NCBI RefSeq assembly: GCF_006345805.1 | Contig: NW_021824529.1 | Location: 1-18,305, forward strand | Direction of reading: 5' to 3' | Source of the DNA: Octopus sinensis | Taxonomy: Eukaryota | DNA length: 18,305 nt | Shown here: positions 8,932 through 17,619 of the stretch, in pieces | Layout: every line of letters begins with the position of its first letter | How positions within the stretch are numbered: position 1 is the stretch's first letter | Translations under genes and position numbers: made by a program | Notes under the pieces: generated by a model | What the model saw: only the letters and a program-made list of their open reading frames with translations | What the model was told of the DNA's origin: nothing | The model's database searches: none

Positions 8932-9332
8932 AAAATGATAAACACAATATGCAGCTTAAAACCATGTGTCCTCTACGCACGTTTCGACATTGTGTTTTCC
9001 GCAGCTGAGGCCGATAGTGCATTTAGATGTTACACCACAGCGGTTCTGCAGGGACACATTATTGCATTATGATAACGCAGAACATTTCTAAGCACAAATA
9101 TACGTATGGAATATTTCTGTGCTTACCATACATAAAATGTGTATGACTACATGAATATATATGTGTATGTGTGTGTACGTAAGTGCGTGTGTGTACGTAA
9201 GTGCGTGCGTGTAAGTGCATGCACGGGCGTGTGTATGTATGTTATGTATATCTGTAAACGAGTGTGTCTGTGTGTGCGCACATACTTGTTTTTGTGTGAG
9301 CATGCACGTTAGACTCGTAAGTTTCGCTGGAT

Positions 9333-9447
9333 ACAGACAGACAGACAGACAGACACAGGTAGGTAGGTAGGTAGGTAGGTAGGTAGGTAGGTAGGTAGGT
9401 AGATAGGTAGGTAGGTAGGTAGGTAGGTAGGTAGGTAGGTAGATATG

Positions 9448-9511
<64 letters not shown>

Positions 9512-9522
9512 CAGACAGTCTA

Positions 9523-9606
<84 letters not shown>
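9333..9606. repeat. Compound (GACA)n(GGTA)n(GATA)n microsatellite
   Basis: Direct inspection. Confidence 0.95.
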
Positions 9607-9608
<2 letters not shown>

Positions 9609-10059
9609 ATGGATACCTTATATCGATATTCAAATACCGGAAAACAAAAAAAAACAAAAACAGGTGAAAGACAAAAGAATACAAAACGAATGAGTGAATG
9701 AATGAATAAAAGAAAAAAAAAGAAGAAAGGAAGGAAAGAAAGTAAAGTGAAGAAAGGTGAAAAGAATCAGCATTGGAAATCTCAAAATTTGAACTTCCGT
9801 TTCAGACACCTACTGCTGTTCTAGCAGACTGCAACATCATAAGCGACGCTATAGTATTCGAACCCCTACCTAGCATCCCCACCTCTACTACTCTACTTTC
9901 ACTTTTTTTTTTTTTATTGTTTCCCATTTATTCTTCTCTACCATAAACTACTCATTCCATTACCTGTGCAGGAACACGCTTATACATACACACATACAAT
10001 CACACACATATTCATGCGTCTCGAACACATACATACACTTACCCACACGTACATTATAT

Positions 10060-10084
10060 ATCATATCATAAGTGTGTGTATGAA

Positions 10085-10116
<32 letters not shown>

Positions 10117-10179
10117 ATACATGTATATATATATATATATATTCATAAATATGAATATATATACACATATATATGTTGT

Positions 10180-10220
<41 letters not shown>

Positions 10221-10255
10221 ATATATATATATATATATATAATAGATATATGTAT

Positions 10256-10291
<36 letters not shown>

Positions 10292-10450
10292 TTATGAATT
10301 AATATATATATTTGTAATATATATGTGTGTGTGTGTATATATATATATATACATGTATATATGTATGTATAAATATATATATACATATTAATATATACAT
10401 ATATGTATATACGCACGCATATATATGTGTATGCATGTATATATACTTTA
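10060..10450. repeat. Degenerate (TA)n/(TG)n low-complexity tract
   Basis: Direct inspection; source of the YIYI ORFs. Confidence 0.9.
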
Positions 10451-10899
10451 TATGTTCTATGCATCATTTGCCTTTTTTTCTTTTTCTCCCCCAGCAGTCT
10501 CTCTTCCCCTCTCTCTCCTCTCTTTTTCCTTCCCTTCTCTCTTTCTCTCTCATTATCTCCATCTCTCTTTGTATCTCCTATATATATGACTGCTTCAGCA
10601 AAATATAAATGTTACGTGTCAGCAAGTTATATACTAACTCATGCTACAAACTACTGAGACGAGTGAACTAGCAAGTAGCGATTGCCACCCAACGAGCACA
10701 AAACTCTTAGTTTCTTTCTCTTTCTTGTGTACACAGTATCTCCCTATATAACCTTTTACTCTTGTATTTGTTTCATTTATTTGGATTACGGCTGAGCAAG
10801 GCTGCCACCGTGAATAATTTCATCTCTCATATGGTATTTCTGCTCTAAATCTGGACATGGGCTCTTTTCTAAAACTGTTTTGAGCGAAAAAATATATTT

Positions 10900-11329
10900 G
10901 GATCTTTTCAGTTTGAACGGCAGTTTTTTTCTAGCGGTGTCATATGAAATTGTCACCCATAATTATGACCCGGGTATCGATCTGTTGCAATTCAATCTGT
11001 TTTAGGGTTAGGGTTAGTTAGGGTTAGGGGTGAGGGGAGGGTGTCTTTTTTTCTTCACAAATGTAAATAAACCCAATCTGTTTCTTAAACGAGGGACATA
11101 TTCATACGGCACAGAATGTTTTTTTACCTCAAATAGATGTCAGTGATTGGTTGAAATTGCAGAAATTGAAGAAAAAACAACAACAAATATCTTACAAACT
11201 ATAGAATTTTCTCAATAAAGCCAAGAGAAAAAGATGTTTTATAAACACATTCTACCAGTATACGAAGTTTAAAATTTTTTAGTTACCTAGAAATTATGTT
11301 AAAAACTGCCGTTCAAACCGAAAAGATCC
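10900..11329. mobile_element. MITE with 29-bp TIRs and 8-bp TSD, containing telomeric TTAGGG repeats
   Basis: Left ggatcttttcagtttgaacggcagttttt (10900-10928) versus the reverse complement of 11301-11329: 28/29 identical. atatattt is duplicated at 10892-10899 and 11330-11337. TTAGGG units lie at 11002-11029. The superfamily is not resolvable (an 8-bp TSD with GG ends fits Merlin-like; 8-bp TSDs also occur in hAT and others). Confidence 0.9.
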
Positions 11330-11425
11330 ATATATTTTATTTATACGCGAATAAACATATTTTCTTTATATTTTCGTATTTGCGAGAAATCGTTTCTAAC
11401 ATTATTGTTATTATGGGACTTATTC

Positions 11426-11639
11426 AGGACGGTGAGCTGGGAGAATCGTTTTGCACGCTGGACGGAATGTTTAGCGGTATTTCGCTCGTCGCTAAGTTCT
11501 GAGTTGAAATTCCGCTGATGTCGACTTTGGCTTTCATCATTTCGAGGTCCATAAATTAAGTACCAGTGAAACACTGGGGTCGATGCAATCGACTTAATCC
11601 CCTACCACAAGCTACCCTTGTGACAAAAATTTTAAATCA
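11426..11639 (+). mobile_element. SINE family A, full length, with 17-bp TSD (1 mismatch)
   Basis: ttattatgggacttatt (11408-11424) versus ttattatggcacttatt (11640-11656). Family A head, B-box and core are present. Confidence 0.88.
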
Positions 11640-11703
11640 TTATTATGGCACTTATTACCTAAGTTTATTTTAATTTATTGTCTGTAAATTGTAGAATACT
11701 CAG

Positions 11704-11747
<44 letters not shown>

Positions 11748-11954
11748 TATATATATAATATATATACATATTTGTCTTCTTTCTTCGGTTTCCGGCGTTC
11801 TTAGATCAGTTTATATATGAATAGCAAATTCTTTTACGATCGTCACAAATTGCTTGCGCTGATGCTAAGACAATGGTTAAAATATTGCGTTAATGATGCA
11901 TGAAACAAAAGCTTCTGTTCCAAGAACATATTTAACATCTATAGCATATTTATC

Positions 11955-12050
11955 TACACACACACACACATGTATACATACATACATACATACATACATA
12001 CATACATACATACATACATACATACATACATACATACATACATACATACA
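11955..12050. repeat. (CA)n(TACA)n microsatellite
   Basis: Direct inspection. Confidence 0.95.
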
Positions 12051-12059
12051 TGTGGATCG

Positions 12060-12448
12060 TTGGCGATTTTTTCTTATTTTTCCTTCTTACTCTTTCCGAC
12101 GAAGAACTACTCCCGAAATCTTAACAACTCTCTTCTTTCACCGAGCGTCAAATTAATATATTTCTTGTGCACGTCCTCCCGTTCGTTTTTTTCTTTCTTT
12201 CTTTCTTTTTTCTCTGTTTTCAATTATTTGGTCTTTGAATTGACTGCATATATATATATATTGGCGATTTTTTTTTCCTCTGTCTTCCCTTCTCTGGATC
12301 TTTCCTTCTCCTATGTTTCCGACGAAGAGCTCCGCTCGAAACGTTAAACCTTCCTTCTTTCCTTCTTTCCTGAGCGTCCAATAATACTATATTTGTTCCA
12401 CGTCCTTGCGTTGTTGTTGTTTTTTTGTGCTTTCTTGTTTGGATTAAC
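12060..12448 (+). mobile_element. Two tandem ~200-bp units resembling Penelope-like pseudo-LTR / non-LTR retrozyme monomers
   Basis: Units start ttggcgatttttt at 12060 and 12261 (period 201). They share tttccgacgaaga...cgaaa, gagcgtc and cacgtcct. They are flanked and separated by microsatellites. Confidence 0.7.
12315..12349 (+). ncRNA. Minimal type I hammerhead-ribozyme-like fold (variant core)
   Basis: Stem I gttt(12315-18)/aaac(12346-49); core CCGACGA-A (12319-26); stem II gagc-tcc-gctc (12327-37); GAAA (12338-41); palindromic ACGT stem III; predicted GUU cleavage after 12345. Deviates from CUGAnGA at position 4. Confidence 0.6.
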
Positions 12449-12458
12449 TATATATATA

Positions 12459-12515
<57 letters not shown>

Positions 12516-12554
12516 CTATATATATATATATATATATAATATATATATATATAC

Positions 12555-12610
<56 letters not shown>

Positions 12611-12611
12611 G

Positions 12612-12655
<44 letters not shown>

Positions 12656-12668
12656 GTGTGTGTATATA
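12449..12668. repeat. Interrupted (TA)n microsatellite
   Basis: Direct inspection. Confidence 0.95.
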
Positions 12669-12840
12669 TAGTGTTGCGCTGAGATGCGGTGAATGGGTAT
12701 GGGAATTTTCGACTCGAGTCAAACGAAAAAAACTGCTCCAAACCGGTGTTAAAGTATCCGCATCAGTGGAGTCAAGACCAGCTAGTTTGAACTGGCATCG
12801 AGTTGTATTAGTTGTAATAATGAAATCAAACCAAATAATA

Positions 12841-13152
12841 ATATTTCGAAACCAAATAATCTGAACGTTTCAGGCTACGGAAACCTGAAACGCGGGTATT
12901 AAACTATTTCAATGTATACAGTGTGTATATATATATATATGTGTGTGTGTATGTGAGTGTGTGTGTGTGTGTTTGTGTGTGTTTGCATGTCTGTATGTGT
13001 GTAGGTAGGTAGGTAGGTAGGTAGGTAGGCATGCACATGTCCATGAATGGGTTTTATATAATCATTCCTTTATTACGATCGTTTCAACAACATATGATTT
13101 AGACACATCAGGAATATAAGTAAGGATTATGTAATATTATATAATCATTGTC
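12841..13152. repeat. Left arm of a long inverted repeat (partner 14372-14984)
   Basis: 12841-12926 versus 14899-14984: 2 differences in ~86 bp. ~13025-13152 versus 14372-14500: ~6 differences in ~125 bp. The intervening GGTA/TG/TA microsatellites are also mirrored. Confidence 0.93.
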
Positions 13153-13488
13153 GTTATACGAAGGTCAAACAGCAAAAGACAGACACACACATATTTCGAA
13201 AGCGAGAGAAAGAGTTATCACTTACACGATTTTTTCATTTTTCGTTTTTTGGGAAAAGCAAATGAAGATAAACGTTTTCATGATAAATTTCGTATTGTAT
13301 TTCAAAATATATTCAAACAACAGATAGCTGAAGAGATAATATGCTCAAATTGCCAGCTGAAGGAGCAGAGGCATGAAGATAAGAGTGGTGGAAATTAAGA
13401 GATTTTCAGTTATAATATATTTAATAATACTCTACATTTAACGGGTTGAGTTCTGTAAATTATCGCTTCTCGATAAAACATCATAAAG

Positions 13489-13489
<1 letters not shown>

Positions 13490-13553
<64 letters not shown>

Positions 13554-13568
13554 TGTGTGTGTGTGTGT
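13490..13568. repeat. (TG)n microsatellite
   Basis: Direct inspection. Confidence 0.95.
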
Positions 13569-13592
13569 ACATATCTGTTGTATTGTATATAT

Positions 13593-13800
13593 CTCAGTCA
13601 TTAGACTATGGCTATGCTGGGGCACCGCCCTGCAGAATATTATCCAGACGAATCGAGCGCAATCTTTTTCTTCACCTTTGTACTCTTTCTATTGTTTTCT
13701 TTTGCAGAACCAATAAGCTATAGGGACGTAAACACACGAACACTGGTTATACAGCATTGGTGGGGGAAAAAGACAACCACCCTCACGCATACACACATAT
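13593..13800 (-). mobile_element. SINE family B 3' half, diverged
   Basis: tcagtcattagactatggctatgctggggcaccgcc...gggacgtaaacacac...ggtgggggaaaagacaac matches 15500-15700; the head is absent. Confidence 0.78.
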
Positions 13801-14563
13801 ATATAAAGAGAGAGAGGGAAGCAACAACAGCATTAACAGGAAGAGTAGCATTTCCTGGACCTGTGATAGATGTCTTGCATCCCACCCAGAAAGATATGCT
13901 TTTGCTATCCAGGAACTGGAAATTGTTACTAAATACATGGGAAACAAGAAGGACAAAATTATCACCAAACTTTCACGTTATTATAAAAAAAAATATCGGC
14001 TCTGCCCCAAAATGTCTACGAGGTACTATCTGTCTCTGGGGCATGAAATAGTTACATAGACGATTTATAATGCCATCCGTAGGAAGAACTGACTTGATGC
14101 GTACATCGAAGCCACGTCAGAACCAGCATGTATTCACACCCTTCAAAACAAGGAATAGTGGTGGAACACTCCACTAAAACATCAATTCGGTGCAAACATA
14201 ACAGACCTAATATTGTTCTGCAGGATAGGGAGCAAAAGTTATGCACTGTTGTAGAGGTCAGCTCAGCGCTGATATATACTAACTCATACTACAAACTATT
14301 GAGACGAGTAAACTAGTAAGTAGCGATTGCCACCCAACGAGCACAAAACTCTTAGTTTCTTTCTCTGTCTTGACAATGATTATATATTATTTACATAATC
14401 CTTACTTATATTCCTGATATGTCTAAATCATGTGTTGTTGAAACGATCGTAATGAAGGAATGATTATATAAAACCCATTCATGGACATGTGCATACCTAC
14501 CTACCTACCTACACAGATACATGCATGCAAACACACACACACACACCACACACACACACACAC

Positions 14564-14617
<54 letters not shown>

Positions 14618-14618
<1 letters not shown>

Positions 14619-14884
14619 AAATTTAATAAGGGTAGAAATTGATATCAATCAATTAAAACCAGTGGCCTAGCATATTAAAAAATCCGAACATTAAAATATT
14701 TTTACATACAAAATTTAAAGGACTGACCACTAAAAGTGGACGGTCAACATGCTAGATATAGACGTCAAATCGCTATTTTCCACAAAGAATATGTTCTCAA
14801 ATAAAAATCCAGTACGAACCAAAGCATTAAAAATAAGCAAGACAAATGAAAATATACGAAATAAAAATGATTGCCTATGTACCG
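14618..14884. mobile_element. Unclassified ~267-bp insertion in a (TA)n tract
   Basis: Present in the right inverted-repeat arm, bounded by TA repeats on both sides, and absent from the corresponding TA tract (~12925-12941) of the left arm. Confidence 0.7.
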
Positions 14885-15107
14885 ATATATATATACACAC
14901 ACACTGTATACATTGAAATAGTTTAATACCTGCGTTTCAGGTTTCCGTAGCCTGAAACGTGCAGATTATTTGGTTTCGAAATATATTAAGCAAAATAAGT
15001 ACGTGCTTAGGGCATCAATGAAAGGAGGGGAGACCACAGAAATGGTAAATCGTTTACGGCACAAAAGAAATCACTTTAAACTTGCTAAAATAATATTCGG
15101 ACTGCCT

Positions 15108-15218
15108 TTATCGCTACTAAGTATAAATGCAGATGTGTTACCTACGATTAATTTTGAGGATCTGATTAAAAACTTTGCAAATCAAAAGAGTAGGAGGAAA
15201 ATTTTCAAGTATCAATAA
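15108..15218 (+). pseudogene. hAT transposase C-terminal dimerization-domain remnant
   Basis: LSLLSINADVLPTINFEDLIKNFANQKSRRKIFKYQ* matches the hAT C-terminal pattern L.LLSIE......I.F.DLI..FA..K.RK, and lies ~170 bp upstream of a hAT-type TIR. Confidence 0.8.
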
Positions 15219-15477
15219 AGATGGCGTATACAAAAATAAACATTATTTTCCCTCTTATTGTTTTGTTTCGTTTTGAAAAATAAAAATGTATGGTTCGTTA
15301 TTGTTTATATTTTGAATTACATAATCTTTTATGGGGACACCAAAATCTTTTAAGTGCTTAGGACCTCAATGAATCTTAATCTGGCCCTGAGTCAGCTACC
15401 CAGCGGATTTGAATGTGCACCCACAATCCAGGAAAAAGAGAGTACATGTGGTGAGTTAATGCAGAACTTAGAGCTCT

Positions 15478-15896
15478 CTCTCTTTTACTCTTTTACTTGT
15501 TTCAGTCATTTGACTGCGGCCATGCTGGAGCACAGCCTTTAGTCGAGCAAATCGACCCCGGGACTTATTCTTTGTAAGCCCAGTACTTATTCTATCGGTC
15601 TCTTTTGCCGAACCGCTAAGTGACGGGGACGTAAACACACCAGCATCGTTTGTCAAGCAATGCTAGGGGGACAAACACAGACACACAAACATATACACAC
15701 ACATACATACACATACATATACATATATACGACAGGCTTCTTTCAGTTTCCGTCTACTAAATCCACTCACAAGGCATTGGTCGGCCCGAGGCTATAGCAG
15801 AAGACACTTGCCCAAGATGCCACGCAGTGGGACTGAACCCGGAACCATGTGGTTGGTAAGCAAGCTACTTACCACTCAGCCACTCCTGTGCCTATG
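15478..15896 (-). mobile_element. SINE family B, full length, young, inserted in the R4-like ORF with TSD gagctct
   Basis: gagctct at 15471-15477 and 15897-15903. Removing the SINE and one TSD copy rejoins ...MQNLEL-LY.... The head, internal (TA/CA) microsatellite and (taaaaga)n-type tail are all present. Confidence 0.93.
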
Positions 15897-16292
15897 GAGC
15901 TCTTGTACTCCTGTCTACGAATTTTCGTTTGTACCTTTTATCATAGGTGCATTACGCTACGTACCAACAAATTTACACAAAGACCTAGAAATACTAGGTT
16001 TTTCAAAGAAAGCGCAAAAGAAACTGACACGAATTCTCCAAATCCAATCTATTAGTGGCACAGTGAAGATTTGTAAGACATTCCAAAGTTTCTCCATCTT
16101 AGATTCTTTCGATGAATAGACGCATACAGTCGGATGCGTGCATTGGCAGCTCAACCAACGCGCCAACTCAACCACATATTTACAAACACCGGGAACTCTC
16201 TTGACTCAAAAAGATTTGTCGCTTTGTTAGCGACCAGCTTGAACTCTCTTAAGAAGAACTTAAATGAAACTCAAAGAAGAAAAACATAGATA

Positions 16293-16667
16293 CAGGCTCA
16301 GACGTGGCTGTGTGGTAAGAAGTTTGCTTCCCAACCACACCGTTCCGAACAAGTGTCTTCTACTATAGCCTCGGGCCGACCAAAACCTTGAGAGTGGATT
16401 TGGTAGACTGAAACTGAAAGAAGCTTCTCATATATTTGTGTGTGTGTGTTTGTGAGACTATGTGTTTGTTCCCAACCGCCGCTTGACAACCGGTGTTGAT
16501 GTGTTTACGTCCCTGTAACTTAGCGGTTCGGTAAAAGAGCCTGATAGAATAAGTAATTGGCTTAGAAAGAAAACAAGTACTGGGGTCGACTTGTTCGACA
16601 AAAATTCCTCAAAGCGGTGCTCCAGCATGGCCGCAGTCTAATGACTGAAACAAGTAACAGATAAAAG
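16293..16667 (+). mobile_element. SINE family B, near full length
   Basis: gtggctgtgtggtaagaagtttgcttcccaaccac...ggatttggtagac...cttagcggttcgg...gcggtgctccagcatggccgcagtc...actgaaacaagta. Confidence 0.92.
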
Positions 16668-16715
16668 GTACACGTACATCATATATATCATTTGCAAACC
16701 AAATCCAAAAATGAA

Positions 16716-16748
<33 letters not shown>

Positions 16749-16753
16749 TATAT

Positions 16754-17123
16754 ATAGGCGTAGCTGTGTGGTAAGAAGCTTGCTTTCCAACCACATGGTT
16801 CCAAGTTCACTCCCATTGAGTAGTACCTCGGGCAAGCGTCTTGTACTATAGCCTCGAACCGACCAAAGCATTGAGTGGATTTGGTAGACGGAAACTGAAA
16901 GAAGTCCGTCGCATATATCTATGTATGCGTGTCTGTGTTTGCCCCCCTCCCTTTGACAGCCAGTGCTTAGCGGTTCGGCATAAGAGATCGATAGAATAAG
17001 TACCAGGCTTTTTAAAAAAATGTACTGGGGTTGATACATTCGACGATATATTCTTCAAGGTGGTGCCCCAGCGTGGCCACAATCTAGTGACTGAAACAAG
17101 TAAAAGATAAAAGATTTAAAAGA
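16754..17123 (+). mobile_element. SINE family B, near full length
   Basis: Same motif order as 16293-16667, with a taaaaga-repeat tail. Confidence 0.92.
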
Positions 17124-17619
17124 TACATGCATGTGTGTGTATGTGCGTGTGTGTGTGTGTATGCGCGTCAGTGTATCTATTTCAGAGATGAATGTGTGCC
17201 GATGCGTGTACTTGTGACACAAATTAACTCACCAATCTGTAGTGTACGATGCTAAGAATGTTGAGCGAAAGCAGACAGTAGAACTAAGCAATATTGATTG
17301 TGGAAAATTTCGCACAGGAATATATAATGACACGATTCTGTAAAAGTGTTACAGTGACCTGCTTGAAATAGCAACTAAATCTCTTCGAATCACATCGTCA
17401 CGCACGACCTGGAATGCTTTTGATCATAGTTCTGTTCGATGACGTTTGAAATTGATTTCAACAACAAAAACAGCAATAAAAACTACTCCAATAATAACGA
17501 AAATAACAACAACCAACCGGGCGTTTTTTTTCATGTTTATTTTTTTAATAAACAAACCCCATCTTTCTCCATTCAAAATATTTCCACCATATTTGACCAC
17601 AGTTAAAATTTTAATTTCA

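Larger units (their letters stand above)
14264..15389 (+). mobile_element. hAT-bounded composite insertion with captured local DNA
   Basis: 8-bp TSD-like ggtcagct (14256-63)/agtcagct (15390-97). The right end reverse-complements to cagggccagattaag (hAT-type TIR); the left end cagcgctgat is an imperfect match. The interior consists of a copy of 10628-10727, an inverted copy of 12841-13152, and a transposase C-terminal remnant. Confidence 0.72.
13820..16119 (+). mobile_element. Interrupted R4/Dong-clade non-LTR retrotransposon, C-terminal ORF region (zinc-knuckle remnant plus restriction-like endonuclease), in three pieces: 13820-14263, 15390-15477, 15904-16119
   Basis: Joined translation with stops and frameshifts: SISWTCDRCLASHPERYAFAIQELEIVTKYMGNKKD...CPKMSTRYYLSLGHEIVT*TIYNAIRRKN*LDAYIEATSEPACIHTLQNKE*WWNTPLK/TSIRCKHNRPNIVLQDREQKLCTVVEVS | YPADLNV/IQEKESTCGELMQNLEL | LY/PVYEFSFVPFIIGALRYVPTNLHK...GTVKICKTFQSFSILDSFDE*. 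The motifs AIQEQEI-like, HN.PD-like, E.S.PAD, KE..Y and IIGALG occur in canonical R4-clade order. Confidence 0.88.

Noticed and set aside
9957-9968. Minus-strand donor-like cag|gtaatg
   Set aside because: No credible upstream acceptor; it abuts a CA/TA microsatellite.
10628-10727. Possible duplicated coding exon (MLQTTETSELASSDCHPTSTKLL)
   Set aside because: Four substitutions between the two copies in this frame are non-synonymous, including loss of the ATG; no sign of coding constraint.
11002-11029. Chromosome end or fusion-site telomere remnant
   Set aside because: Only four TTAGGG units, located inside a TIR/TSD-bounded MITE.
12866-12892. Perfect 9-bp hairpin cgtttcagg-ctacggaaa-cctgaaacg with gaaacg, suggestive of a hammerhead
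   Set aside because: No CUGAnGA-like core adjacent to the stem on either strand and no valid stem III/cleavage site; kept only as part of the inverted-repeat arm.
5209-13723. Poly-Ile, YIYI, IYLS, HTHT and CVCV ORFs across the middle of the window
   Set aside because: All coincide with ATT, TA, GATA, CA or TG microsatellites, which lack stop codons in some frames.
14994-15022. KYVLRASM resembling the hAT motif KNYLRSTM
   Set aside because: The DNA (gtgcttagggcatcaatgaa) is a near-copy of the subterminal motif at ~15354-15373, so it is more likely a subterminal repeat than coding sequence.
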